A stretch of DNA of 64,000 bases from Candidatus Peregrinibacteria bacterium (GCA_016220165.1 JACRIE010000022.1:5456-69455); one strand, 5' to 3'. Shown: positions 1-9,831, counted from the stretch's first letter. Notes: generated from the sequence alone by a model not told the origin. Numbers and translations: made by a program.

Positions 1-877
1 ATCCGTTCCTATTCGCATCAAGCTCTCCTTCGACACGCGTACTGCGGATATCATAGTTCACGGCGACTATCGCGTGGAAGATGGCGAGGGGAAGCTTCTT
101 TTTAAGGCGCCAAAAGAAAGTACTGTGGAGGTAGAATTGGGTGTGGGAATCGTTAACGTCCATGGAGGTCTTATCACCAAAAGCGCAAAAATTATCCGGT
201 TTATCCCGGAGACTTCTGAAGGAATTTTTGAAATTCTTTCGTGGGAACGTCGTCCTTCCTGGAATCTGGCGCTGAATGACAATCAATTCCGGAGAATTTT
301 AGAGTTACGGTTAATCGATGATAAACCTGTTTATATCAACGAACTTCCTCTGGAAAACTATCTAAGAGGTGTCGCTGAAGTCAGCGATTCTCTTCCTTTT
401 GAAAAATTAAAAACCATCGCGGTTCTTGCGCGATCTTATGCCGAATTTTATCTCGATCCCGCTCATCGTAAATTTTTAGGCATGCCTTATGACGGCAGCG
501 ATGACCCGGATATTTTTCAAAAATATTTAGGATATGGCTATGAACAGCGTTCTAAAAATTTCACCACCGCTGTCGTCAATACCAAGAGTGAAGTCGTGAC
601 CTATAAAGGCAGTTTGATTAAAACCCCCTACTTCAACCAAAGTGACGGCCGCACGCGTTCCGCCGAAGAAGTCTGGGGATGGAAGGATACACCGTATCTA
701 AAAGCCGTGGACGACCCTTGGTGCGACGACAAAACGCTCAAAGGCCATGGCGTTGGCCTTTCCGGTTGCGGCGCGACCGAACTGGCGAAACAGGGAAAAA
801 CGTATCAGGAAATCATTAAATACTATTATACAGGCGTGGAAATAGAAAAAAATCGGCCCCCCAATCAAATTAATTAA
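1..877 (+). CDS. SpoIID/LytB-domain protein (lytic transglycosylase-like), probably 5'-truncated by the window
   Basis: Motifs INELPLENYLRGVAE, LKTIAVLARSYA, GHGVGLSGCGA and YQEIIKYYY typical of SpoIID/LytB; ORF track starts at 74. Confidence 0.85.
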   Translation, partial: SVPIRIKLSFDTRTADIIVHGDYRVEDGEGKLLFKAPKESTVEVELGVGIVNVHGGLITKSAKIIRFIPETSEGIFEILSWERRPSWNLALNDNQFRRILELRLIDDKPVYINELPLENYLRGVAEVSDSLPFEKLKTIAVLARSYAEFYLDPAHRKFLGMPYDGSDDPDIFQKYLGYGYEQRSKNFTTAVVNTKSEVVTYKGSLIKTPYFNQSDGRTRSAEEVWGWKDTPYLKAVDDPWCDDKTLKGHGVGLSGCGATELAKQGKTYQEIIKYYYTGVEIEKNRPPNQIN

Positions 878-942
878 TTAGCGATTAGTCTTTAGCCAAA
901 TTTTCTGGCTAACAGCTAACCGCTAATAGCTAACTGCTAATT
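874..942. repeat. Inverted GCTAAnn heptamer arrays filling the stop-to-start spacer
   Basis: ttagcga/ttagtct/ttagcc arm, then gctaaca gctaacc gctaata gctaact gctaatt (908-942); ATG at 944. Confidence 0.9.
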
Positions 943-943
943 A

Positions 944-1567
944 ATGATTCTCTGCATCAATACCGCTATTGCGGAACATCACGTGGCAATCGCGGCCTGC
1001 GGTCACACGGCAAGGCCGCAAAATTTTGCGGCCTTGCCCCTTCCCGCGGGCCGCGAATCCGAAACCATCCTCTCTGTCATCGCGGATCTTCTCAAAAAGG
1101 CCGGCGTTAAACCCTCAGACTTAACCGGCGTCGCCGCCATCACAGGCCCCGGAGGTTTCACGAGTCTGCGCATAGGATTGACCGTCGCGAACACATTCGC
1201 GCATGAATTCAAGATTCCGATCGTTGGCTTTCACGGCGACGAATGGTTCGCCGCGCGTACGGACGAAACCGATTTCTTATATCTGCAATCGATGAACCGG
1301 GAGGAAATTTACACAAAGGGATTTGGGAAATCTAAAAACATTGCCGGAATTCTAAAATTCCTCGATTTGCCGAAAACTCCAACACTCTTTTTAGGCAACC
1401 TCTCCGCGCTCCACAAAAACCGACTTCCCAAAAATTCCACAGAAATAAAAAAAATAAAATCCCCTGACGGCACATGGACTGCCCTCTGCCAAAATTTTCA
1501 AAAAACCAACGACCTTCTCCTTCCCTTTTACGGCAAAGAACCAACGATCACGAAAGCGAAGCGCTGA
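944..1567 (+). CDS. tsaB: tRNA threonylcarbamoyladenosine biosynthesis protein TsaB
   Basis: MILCINTA start; GPGGFTSLRIG motif. Confidence 0.9.
   Translation: MILCINTAIAEHHVAIAACGHTARPQNFAALPLPAGRESETILSVIADLLKKAGVKPSDLTGVAAITGPGGFTSLRIGLTVANTFAHEFKIPIVGFHGDEWFAARTDETDFLYLQSMNREEIYTKGFGKSKNIAGILKFLDLPKTPTLFLGNLSALHKNRLPKNSTEIKKIKSPDGTWTALCQNFQKTNDLLLPFYGKEPTITKAKR
1009..1038. repeat. Perfect 30-bp palindrome inside tsaB
   Basis: ggcaaggccgcaaaattttgcggccttgcc is self-complementary. Confidence 0.9.
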
Positions 1568-1582
1568 ACCCGAACAAAATTC

Positions 1583-2692
1583 TTATTTTGTGAGTGGTTC
1601 AGTGCTTTGAAATTCACGCCACTGTGATTCCACGGCAGTAGCCACTTTTTCTTTAAACCGCTCCACATCGAATTTAAGCGCGTGACTGCGAATGAATCGC
1701 GGGTCAAATTCGGTCTGATGAAACTCGCGAATCGCGGCCATTAAAACTCCCGGAGTTTGGCGTGGAAACACAAGACCTGTTTTGCCATCGATCATCGTGT
1801 CCTGACTGCCTCCTTCGTCATACGCGATTACCGGGCGTCCGCAGCACATCGCTTCAAGGATCGTGATACCCGCGTCTTCAAGTTGGGGAAATAAAAAGGC
1901 CGTGCAATTCGCGTACAATTCGCGAAGCGATTCGCTGTCCACATACCCCATGAGCTGGACCGTGGAGCCAGCCAGCGACTTGAGCCGGGACATGTCGGGC
2001 CCGATCCCGACGATTTTAAGAGGCAGTTTAAGCTGATTGAATGTTTCGATCAAAAGATCAAACCGCTTGTAGGGGATGAGCCGGCCTACGGCCAGAAAAT
2101 AATTATTCGCCGGCCGCGCCACAGGCTGAAAATAATCCCCGCGCACGGGTGGATAGAGCACTGTGGAATCGCGATTGTAGAACTGACGGATGCGTTTTTT
2201 GACGTGCGACGAATTGGCAATGTAGGAATCCGCGCGCTCCGCCGCGATCCGATCCCAGCGGCGGATCGATTCCATCTGGCGGCGGATGAGCGGATGAAGA
2301 ATTCGCGGGAATTGCTGCAGTCGGGTTTCCAGATCCCACGATTCCCACGCGTAGCGCATCGGTGTGTGGCAGTAACAAATGTGCAACGTGGATGGCAGCG
2401 TTATAACGCCTTTGGCCACGCTGTGACAGCTGCTGAGAACCACGTCGTATTCGTCGAGATCAAACGACTCGATGGCCATCGGCATCCAAGGCAAAAGCAA
2501 CTGATGCCGCGCAAAGGGAATTTTTTGAAGATACGACGTGCGCACGTCGGCCGTGGCCAGATCGCGCATCTTATCGCGTCTAAATAAGGTCGTATAAATC
2601 GGCGCGTCGGGATACAGCTCATGAAACGCGCTCACCACGTTTTCCGCGCCTCCATAATTCGTCAGCCAGTCTGCGACAATCGCGAGCTTCAT
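1583..2692 (-). CDS. Glycosyltransferase family 4 (GT-B)
   Basis: DWLTNYGGAE, YCHTPMRY, GRLIPYKR, EDAGITILEAM; ATG at 2692 preferred over 2707. Confidence 0.9.
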   Translation of the reverse strand: MKLAIVADWLTNYGGAENVVSAFHELYPDAPIYTTLFRRDKMRDLATADVRTSYLQKIPFARHQLLLPWMPMAIESFDLDEYDVVLSSCHSVAKGVITLPSTLHICYCHTPMRYAWESWDLETRLQQFPRILHPLIRRQMESIRRWDRIAAERADSYIANSSHVKKRIRQFYNRDSTVLYPPVRGDYFQPVARPANNYFLAVGRLIPYKRFDLLIETFNQLKLPLKIVGIGPDMSRLKSLAGSTVQLMGYVDSESLRELYANCTAFLFPQLEDAGITILEAMCCGRPVIAYDEGGSQDTMIDGKTGLVFPRQTPGVLMAAIREFHQTEFDPRFIRSHALKFDVERFKEKVATAVESQWREFQSTEPLTK

Positions 2693-2727
2693 GAAAAATA
2701 AATTCAATATTCGACCGACAGTATCTT

Positions 2728-2758
2728 ACTACAGACTACCGACTATGAACTACAGACT
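2728..2758. repeat. ACTAnnn heptamer array
   Basis: actacag actaccg actatga actacag act. Confidence 0.8.
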
Positions 2759-2834
2759 TATTTTTTTAGACTCTTGACAGTTAATCAAAAATTGGCTATT
2801 AGAAGGCACGAAAATAATTTTTATACAATTTTTT

Positions 2835-4616
2835 ATGATGGCACCTAGTGATGGAAACGCGGCGGCGGCCTCAGTAACAGAAGGAAAAGATCATGCTCTT
2901 TTTCCTCCCGATACTGCCCACGCAGATCATGGAAGAAGAAGGGCAAAGTGCGCAGTAGGAGGAGTGGTAGGTCAAACTGCCCGGGAAGTGCATGCGACAT
3001 TGAATCCTGAAACTGCTGAATTGATACGAGCGACCATGATCGCAATCGATCATTATTTAAAGGCGCTCAATGAGGACAGAGAAATAGTATCCGAACGGGA
3101 TGCTCGATATCTACAATACTTTTTAAAGGGTTTTATTACTGAACGAGATGAACGCGCGGATGAAGTAGAGTCAGGCGAAGTTCATAGGGCGGCAAAAATT
3201 ATGAATAAACTTTTTAAAATGCCGCCCTTTGCATTTCTCTGTATCGATGGACGTGTTAATTTAACCCAACTGTTTGGCTTTGCGCTCCATATGAAAGGAG
3301 GCTCTATCCAATTACCCGCGGGTAAACCAAAAGAATTTGTTCGAAAAAAAGGCGGGGGAAGGATGCTAGATCCCAATTCAAATACGGCTCGTCAAACTGA
3401 CTTAGCGCTAGGGCAGCACTCGCGGATACTCCACATCCTGGATGCCCATTCAGCATGCGCTGCTCAAAAAAAACATCAAATCAGTGTGGGGAAATCGATT
3501 AAAGATGATGGACTTTATCAAGACGTGCTCTGGAAGCGGGAAATGGCCAAAGCTTTGGTCGACTACGCGACGGAAAGACACAAAGGAAAAACAATTATTC
3601 CAATTCAGGTCAGTTTCGATCTTCCGCATGAAGCCCATGGCGAATTTCAGCCTGGATACATGTTCATGGGGCTCGAAAAAGAAGAAGCGCTGGAGGATGC
3701 GCACGCGAAAAAAGAAGGATTTACTCCCCATGTCTTGGCAAAATTAGTGGAAAAAGGGGTGATTATCAGCACAGCCAACATGGCCCATCGTCCCGAAATC
3801 GAACGTGCTTTTGCAAGTCATTATGAAACCTTCAATCCGCCTCATGACTGGACTCGGCATTACAAAGAGACTGCGTTCCAGCTATGGGACATAATGGAAA
3901 CAATGCAGGCGGATATACTCCCTTTTTTTCAAGCAGAAGTTCAAAAGACTTTCCCTTCGATGAGAAATGAGGAAGAAATCAATGACCGTGCCATGCTTCT
4001 GCTCTCCAATGCTTTTAACGCGTACTGCAATAATCAACACCCGGGAGGATATCCGGACGGAGACCATAAAGAAAAGGCCGTAAGCGTCACAGAACGCGAC
4101 GCGCGCCCATGTCCTACCATGACCTTTGGAGTGAATAGTTTGGATCACGACACGGTAGCGTCGACTACAGTATTTGGTTCTGGAATTGTGCGCACCGTGC
4201 GGGAAAAAGGCCGTGATACTGAAGCGCAAAAATTTTATGAAACGGATCAGGAATATATCGGGGCGCCGGTGCCGGTGGTTGTCAAAGAAATTGTTCGCCA
4301 TCCTATTGATCAACAGGAATGGGAACAGCTTAGAGCGGTCGACTGGGAATTCATACAGGGAATTAATTGGAAAAAACTTAGTGACAATGAATTCGCCAAT
4401 CGATTAGAGGCTCACAATCCTGGTATTAAAATCGGCAGAAGAACAGGAATCTCTATGAACCAATTGCGAAAAACCATGGCAAAACTCTATGATCGCCGCG
4501 GTGAAAGCGCCGAATTATTGATGGATGGCAATCTCGTTGCTTTGCCATTCTTGGCAGACCGCAGCCGCCGCCTTCAGGTCCTGGTACCGTTCTTTTTGAA
4601 GGGTTTCGACGTTTAA
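2835..4616 (+). CDS. Hypothetical protein with beta-carbonic-anhydrase-like zinc motifs
   Basis: CIDGR (CxDxR) and HSAC (HxxC) motifs; 593 aa. Confidence 0.5.
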   Translation: MMAPSDGNAAAASVTEGKDHALFPPDTAHADHGRRRAKCAVGGVVGQTAREVHATLNPETAELIRATMIAIDHYLKALNEDREIVSERDARYLQYFLKGFITERDERADEVESGEVHRAAKIMNKLFKMPPFAFLCIDGRVNLTQLFGFALHMKGGSIQLPAGKPKEFVRKKGGGRMLDPNSNTARQTDLALGQHSRILHILDAHSACAAQKKHQISVGKSIKDDGLYQDVLWKREMAKALVDYATERHKGKTIIPIQVSFDLPHEAHGEFQPGYMFMGLEKEEALEDAHAKKEGFTPHVLAKLVEKGVIISTANMAHRPEIERAFASHYETFNPPHDWTRHYKETAFQLWDIMETMQADILPFFQAEVQKTFPSMRNEEEINDRAMLLLSNAFNAYCNNQHPGGYPDGDHKEKAVSVTERDARPCPTMTFGVNSLDHDTVASTTVFGSGIVRTVREKGRDTEAQKFYETDQEYIGAPVPVVVKEIVRHPIDQQEWEQLRAVDWEFIQGINWKKLSDNEFANRLEAHNPGIKIGRRTGISMNQLRKTMAKLYDRRGESAELLMDGNLVALPFLADRSRRLQVLVPFFLKGFDV

Positions 4617-4622
4617 ATAATC

Positions 4623-4675
4623 AAATAAGCTTTTATCTGGCTAATAACTAACCGCTAATAGCTAAAAGCTTATTT
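4623..4675. repeat. 13-bp stem hairpin containing a GCTAAnn array at a convergent junction (possible terminator)
   Basis: aaataagctttta ... taaaagcttattt; gctaata actaacc gctaata gctaaaa. Confidence 0.7.
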
Positions 4676-5989
4676 AATCGTCGTCCCGATATAAAAAAAT
4701 GGCAACATGACGGCCAGAAGCGTTGATCCGACCAGCGCCGCCACCACAAAAATCATGAGCGGCTCGATGACGGACGAAAGATTCTTGAGAGTGTAATCGA
4801 TACTCTTTTTGTAGTTCGACCGGACTTTGAGGAGCATTTTACCGATTTTGCCCGTAGTCTCGCCAATGTGCACGAGTTGCGCGACCTGGAGGGGAAAGAG
4901 GCTTTTTCGCTTGGCATCCTGTCCAGATGAGAGATCGACAAGCCCCATCATTTCGCTCATCCCCTGCCCCATCATCACGCCCTGGCGGATTTTGGAGAGC
5001 TCTTGTTCGTAGTGGAGACTGCCCATGGTTTTGGCCGTGATCTCCAGGGCGTCGGTGATCAGCACGCCGCTTTGCATGAGCATGCCAAGGTTGGCCGAAA
5101 AAATCATGATCTGTTTTTCAGTCGCGATCTTGCCAAAAATCGGCATATAGGCCGTAAAACTCTCCCACAAAAAACGCCCAAAGCGGGTAAAATGCACCAA
5201 GCTCCATAAAAAAAGAAGGATGCCGGCAACGCCCAAAAACAAAAATTTCCAGTTCATCGAAACAAATTGGCTAAGCGCGATCACCTTTTGAGTGAGAACC
5301 GGCAACGACACATTCGCGTCCTTGTACATCGATGAAATTTTGGGAATAACAAATAGCATCATGCCCGTGATGAGCGTGATACACATGACAATGAGGATGG
5401 CCGGATAAAACATCGCGCCGGTCACCTTGCGGACAAAATCCTGATGCCCTTCCATCTCTTCCGTGAGTTCGGCTAAAACGGTTTTAAGATTGCCGCTTTT
5501 TTCGCCCGCTTCCACCAGGGCCGACATCATTTCGGGAAAAAGATGAGGCAATCCGCGCATGCTTTGGGCCAGCCCCATGCCCCCGTTGATGTCGTGAATC
5601 ATCTGGGCGTAAATCTTCTTGAGAGATCCGCTCTTCGCTTGACGCTGAATAATAGTGAGCGCGGGAATGAGCGTGACGCCCGAATCGATCAGCGTCGCGA
5701 GCTGGTCGAAGAAAAAAAGCCGTTCCTTGCCCGACAGCCTCAGCATCCTGAGCGACCAGGACAGTTTATTGGTTTCCTTCTTTATCTTTTCCCTCTTCTC
5801 AATCTTTACGGCTTCTTTCGGTTGCACTAGGACCCTCGAAGGGGCTCCTTCGAGACCGCTATTCGGCCCGCCATCTGGCTTGCTATCCGTAATCATCTTC
5901 TTCCTGGAAAAAATCCGCTCAAAAAACAGCTCCAGCTCAAACCCGAGCGCAATCCATCCATCCCGAATTTTGTGCGCTAGGAAGCTCAT
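4670..5989 (-). CDS. pilC: Type II secretion/type IV pilus platform protein (PilC/GspF)
   Basis: QLATLIDSGV, AGEKSGNL, AMFYP, IGETTG, IEPLMI motifs. Confidence 0.9.
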   Translation of the reverse strand: MSFLAHKIRDGWIALGFELELFFERIFSRKKMITDSKPDGGPNSGLEGAPSRVLVQPKEAVKIEKREKIKKETNKLSWSLRMLRLSGKERLFFFDQLATLIDSGVTLIPALTIIQRQAKSGSLKKIYAQMIHDINGGMGLAQSMRGLPHLFPEMMSALVEAGEKSGNLKTVLAELTEEMEGHQDFVRKVTGAMFYPAILIVMCITLITGMMLFVIPKISSMYKDANVSLPVLTQKVIALSQFVSMNWKFLFLGVAGILLFLWSLVHFTRFGRFLWESFTAYMPIFGKIATEKQIMIFSANLGMLMQSGVLITDALEITAKTMGSLHYEQELSKIRQGVMMGQGMSEMMGLVDLSSGQDAKRKSLFPLQVAQLVHIGETTGKIGKMLLKVRSNYKKSIDYTLKNLSSVIEPLMIFVVAALVGSTLLAVMLPFFYIGTTIK

Positions 5990-6017
5990 TCAAAATTAAA
6001 AATTAAAAAATTCAAAA

Positions 6018-6386
6018 TTATTTTTTATGAGAAGAAATTGAAAAAATACCAAATTTTGCAAGTTGCCTGGAAATATTTAAACTATCAGATTTTAGTTCAT
6101 TAAATTGCTCTTCCTCCAAATAACGGTTATCGAAAGCAATATAAAAAACAGCGCGACATTCTCCGGCAGAAGCCTTCGCCTGATTAATGAATCGAGCAAA
6201 ATCTATATTGGATGCACGTTCAAAACCCTCAGAAATATTCAAAAGTATTGATACGGCGGCTCGACGTAGCTGATCCCTCAAACCAAAATCACGCCCAAAC
6301 TGTTTCTCGGTAATTTTGTAAATTCTAGAAACAAAACGTCTCACTTCCTGCCACAATGGTATATCTCCAAAAGTTTGGTATTTCGT
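6018..6386 (-). CDS. Four-helix-bundle protein (TIGR02436 / 23S rRNA IVS protein / Avd-like); start codon uncertain
   Basis: LRDQLRRAAVSILLNISEGFER...AKASAGECR; frame extends upstream of TTG 6356 as (ACG)KYQTFGDIPLWQ with no ATG. Confidence 0.85.
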   Translation of the reverse strand, partial: TKYQTFGDIPLWQEVRRFVSRIYKITEKQFGRDFGLRDQLRRAAVSILLNISEGFERASNIDFARFINQAKASAGECRAVFYIAFDNRYLEEEQFNELKSDSLNISRQLAKFGIFSISSHKK

Positions 6387-6415
6387 ATTAATTTTGAATT
6401 AAATAGTATCTTAAT

Positions 6416-6444
6416 ATTATATCAAAATACGCCAAGAAAAACAA
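6416..6444 (-). promoter_or_regulatory. Putative sigma70 promoter inside the cassette
   Basis: Minus strand TTGTTT-17bp-TATAAT with TG extended -10. Confidence 0.55.
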
Positions 6445-6495
6445 GGGGTTTTGGCTTAACTACATTATTAAGCAACACACTTAATTTTGAATTTT

Positions 6496-7200
6496 CTAAT
6501 TTTTAATTTTGAATGAAAAGGACGATCCGAACACCTTTTTCAGAACGCTGAGCAGATCCATTGGGATCGGCGCCTCAATCGTGATAAGCTGTTTGAGGAA
6601 AGGGTGCATGAAACGGATCCGTTTCGCGTGCAAAAAAAGTCGGCCAAGCCGCAGAACAATGCGAAATTTACGATTAAACGCGAAATCCCCGTATTCGGCG
6701 TCCATGATGACGGGGCAGCCGATCCGCGAAAAGTGCTCGCGAATCTGATGGCGACGCCCTGTTTCGATTACGGCCTCAACCAAGGCGCAGGAAGCGCCGA
6801 AAATACGCATAGTTTTTAAAATACTAAAATGAGTTTTAGCCTCAACAGACACGTCCGCCGTACGGGCTTTGAGTGGGATTTGAACAGAATCCCCGCGCGG
6901 GACTCCCTTTAGAAAAGTGAGATAACTTTTTTCAGTTTCCGAATGCTGGAAAATGGCTTCCAAAGGAGTCCGGTCGCGCTCAAATTTTCCAAAAAGCAAT
7001 ACGCCAGATGTCTCCTTGTCTAACCGATGCAGCAAATAGGGTTTAAACCCTTTGCCTTCATACCGGCGCTGAACTTTGCCAAGAACCGACGCATTCAAAG
7101 ACGTCTGCGGATTGGGTACGGAAACCACGCGCGGCGGCTTCTGGATCGCGATCAAATAATCATCCTCATAAAGAGTGGGGATGAGATCTTTTTTAGGCAT
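6496..7200 (-). CDS. RluA-family pseudouridine synthase
   Basis: HRLDKETSG, TGRRHQIR and LFLHA motifs. Confidence 0.92.
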   Translation of the reverse strand: MPKKDLIPTLYEDDYLIAIQKPPRVVSVPNPQTSLNASVLGKVQRRYEGKGFKPYLLHRLDKETSGVLLFGKFERDRTPLEAIFQHSETEKSYLTFLKGVPRGDSVQIPLKARTADVSVEAKTHFSILKTMRIFGASCALVEAVIETGRRHQIREHFSRIGCPVIMDAEYGDFAFNRKFRIVLRLGRLFLHAKRIRFMHPFLKQLITIEAPIPMDLLSVLKKVFGSSFSFKIKN

Positions 7201-7226
7201 AAGGGCACTCCATTATTAATTCAAAA

Positions 7227-7829
7227 TTATCGGGATGCAAGCACCGAGTCCCCTGCAGTCGTTCCGGAAGGAACCGCTGCCATGGCCGCATCAAAACGGG
7301 CACGGGCCCCACTTTCACCGCCGTCATTATCACTCCCTGCATACTGAGCTCCTTCGCCTTTTTCTCCAATTCTTCTAATGAAATAATAAATATCCTTTTC
7401 TCCTGCAAAACGAATCGCTTCCAGACAAAAACGTTCTCCATTCATTTCAAAAATCTCACCGGGTTTTACGTTTTCTCTTTGTACAAATTCCAACTCCTGA
7501 CCCTCTAGTCTCACAGCCCCTTCGCAGAACTTGGCGCCTCTGAGCACACGCTGCTCGGAAGGTGCTCTTGAAGACGGCGGATACCCGCGAAGGCGTTCGG
7601 CAATACTTCTCCGGGTTCCATCCATGACAATCTTTGGTTCGCTGAACGTATCGATCATCACACCAGCGGCGAGGGAGGCAGCCGTTAACAAAACACCCCC
7701 CGCAGCGGCACGCGTCGCTTTTGCAAAAAGCCCTCTTTGGTGAGGTAAAAGTCTGGATTTCAAAAAATCAGGGGCTCCCTCACTGCCCACGAAATCAAGT
7801 TGCGATGCTGTGGGGGCTGATGGCGTCAT
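7227..7829 (-). CDS. Hypothetical protein, one predicted TM segment
   Basis: 200-aa ORF with hydrophobic AAAGGVLLTAASLAAGVMI; no family recognised. Confidence 0.55.
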   Translation of the reverse strand: MTPSAPTASQLDFVGSEGAPDFLKSRLLPHQRGLFAKATRAAAGGVLLTAASLAAGVMIDTFSEPKIVMDGTRRSIAERLRGYPPSSRAPSEQRVLRGAKFCEGAVRLEGQELEFVQRENVKPGEIFEMNGERFCLEAIRFAGEKDIYYFIRRIGEKGEGAQYAGSDNDGGESGARARFDAAMAAVPSGTTAGDSVLASR

Positions 7830-7886
7830 AAACGGATCTCTTTATGCCCTTGGGTATTACTTATCGTAGCAAAAATTCAAAAAAAA

Positions 7887-8861
7887 TCAATCGCCTGTTT
7901 TTAAAATGGGCTTTACTTCGATAGTCGCTGTAAAGGGAGGTTCGTCTAGTTGCCCATCGGGGCTATAGGCCACCACACCGACACGAGCGTCAGACCCAAG
8001 CGCAAAGTCTGAACCATCGCGAAGCTTGCCATCAACGACAATGCTCGGAGTCAGGCCAGCGGAATTCACGGAAAAACGACCTGGTTTTCCCGAATTCGTC
8101 CACTCGGCGGTGGCGACTGGACGCACTGCCCCGTCAACCCAGTGAGGTGTCAGAGGAACGGCAGGATGGTCATTTAAATTCGTCGTTTCTCCGCCGCCGC
8201 GAAGCGTTGTCATAATAGAACTGGGAAGAATAGGGTTTCCGGCGCCAAAAGTTCTCATAACTCCTGTAGTCGACTCAGGAGGAAGACGCAATTTCCACAA
8301 AGTGCCAGGACCTTCTTGAGTAACGCCACAGCCAATGTTAATTCTCATCTCCTGTCCGCGAGGAAGGCGTAAAACCAATATCACAGCGTCACGCGTCTCA
8401 TGAACCGCTTCGGCTCCAACAAGGGCTGCAGAATCTCGGGTATCAACGAGAAGCTTTTTCGGAGCCAAAGCATCAATGGCATAAACCATCTGATTCCAAC
8501 CCTCTGGCCGCCTTAAAATCAAATTCACAATCGTTCGCACATCTTCAGCGACAGGATGAATCTCGTCAGCGCTTGCAGGAGGAATGATTCGATCACTCAT
8601 GTCGCCACCACGGCGAATAACCGCAGGGCCGCCACGAGAAGGAGGAACGTCTGTATGTCCGCCGCAAGCCATAGACAAAGCAGCCGCTCCAGCGATGGCA
8701 TGACCGGTTTTACTCCTGCGCAGACTCGCTGTCACTGGTTCAGAAGCACCATCTTCAGGTTCAAGAACTGCCGCGGCAACACGTTCGCCTGGCCTCCGAC
8801 GTAAAACGGAACCGGAAAAAACGGGATGATCGGCAGATCCTTCAGGGGGCTTGGAGGGCAT
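7887..8861 (-). CDS. Hypothetical protein, possible lipoprotein
   Basis: 324-aa ORF; internal AIAGAAALSMAC lipobox-like segment. Confidence 0.55.
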   Translation of the reverse strand: MPSKPPEGSADHPVFSGSVLRRRPGERVAAAVLEPEDGASEPVTASLRRSKTGHAIAGAAALSMACGGHTDVPPSRGGPAVIRRGGDMSDRIIPPASADEIHPVAEDVRTIVNLILRRPEGWNQMVYAIDALAPKKLLVDTRDSAALVGAEAVHETRDAVILVLRLPRGQEMRINIGCGVTQEGPGTLWKLRLPPESTTGVMRTFGAGNPILPSSIMTTLRGGGETTNLNDHPAVPLTPHWVDGAVRPVATAEWTNSGKPGRFSVNSAGLTPSIVVDGKLRDGSDFALGSDARVGVVAYSPDGQLDEPPFTATIEVKPILKTGD

Positions 8862-8946
8862 AAAAAATACTTCTTAAAGAATCAAGAGGGCTGAATTAGG
8901 ATAGCTTTTTTTAATTTATATGTCAAGAAACATTATAATAAATTTG

Positions 8947-9831
8947 TCAAAGTGCCTTTTTTAGGGCCGGAATAATCTTTTGCGCCTGAAGGTAGCCTTC
9001 ATCAATCATGAACCGCGCCAGATGAAAATCGAAAAGCATAATGCGGCCGACGCGGGGACGGATAAGAAAATCCGCCGGATAAGAACGGAGATTGGCTTCC
9101 GTGATCCCCTTCTGCATGATCGTGACCGAACTGTCGAGGATGTCCACCAAATTAGGACGCATCGCTTCGGACATCCATTCCCTAAGCTTCGCTCTGGATT
9201 CCTCTTTGAGCTTGTCCCACCACGTATCAGAACGAGGAGAACGCCGGATTTTGGTCGCTTTTTTAAAACCGACCTCCGCATTCAAGTCGACCGCGACGAC
9301 GACCTCGGCACCCAGCGCTCGCACCGCATTGATTGGCAAGGGGTTCAAAAGGCCTCCGTCAGCCAAAAAATCACCATTGAGCTGTGCGGGAACAAAAATA
9401 CCGGGGATTGAAATACTGGCGCGAATCGCGTCCGCCAGACTCCCGGTTTTAAAATGAACCTCTTTGCCTGCCTGAAGGTCTGCGGCAACCGCCACGAACG
9501 GAATAGAGGTGTCTTCAATCAGCTTTTCTATAAACCGTTCGGACAAAAGTCTTTTCACTTTGTCGCCGTTCAAAAGACCTTTATTGGATAAAGCGATATC
9601 CAGATGACTTAGAATTTTTTTGGCGCTGTTGAGCCGACGCAAAAACGACTCGAGCTCCTTGATTTTCCCGGACGCGTAAACACCTCCAACGAGGGCCCCG
9701 ATACTCGTCCCGGCGACACAGTCGATCGGAATATGAGCCTCGCGCAAAGCCTTAATCACTCCAATATGAGCGCATCCGCGCGCGCCGCCGCCGCCCAAAG
9801 CGAGCCCAACTATTTTTCGTTTATGTTTCAT
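8947..9831 (-). CDS. Patatin-like phospholipase (RssA/NTE family)
   Basis: GGGARG, GTSIG and DGG motifs. Confidence 0.92.
   Translation of the reverse strand: MKHKRKIVGLALGGGGARGCAHIGVIKALREAHIPIDCVAGTSIGALVGGVYASGKIKELESFLRRLNSAKKILSHLDIALSNKGLLNGDKVKRLLSERFIEKLIEDTSIPFVAVAADLQAGKEVHFKTGSLADAIRASISIPGIFVPAQLNGDFLADGGLLNPLPINAVRALGAEVVVAVDLNAEVGFKKATKIRRSPRSDTWWDKLKEESRAKLREWMSEAMRPNLVDILDSSVTIMQKGITEANLRSYPADFLIRPRVGRIMLFDFHLARFMIDEGYLQAQKIIPALKKAL

Larger units (their letters stand above)
5986..6516. mobile_element. Four-helix-bundle cassette bounded by 35-bp inverted AAAATT(A/C/G) heptamer arms
   Basis: 5986-6020 is the reverse complement of 6482-6516 with one mismatch; mobility is inferred only. 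Confidence 0.6.

Noticed and set aside
2835-4616. Carboxysome locus
   Set aside because: No shell proteins or RuBisCO nearby; only the CA-like motifs are supported.
6018-6386. 23S rRNA intervening sequence
   Set aside because: The flanks are protein-coding genes, and no rRNA or tRNA sequence was recognised in the window.
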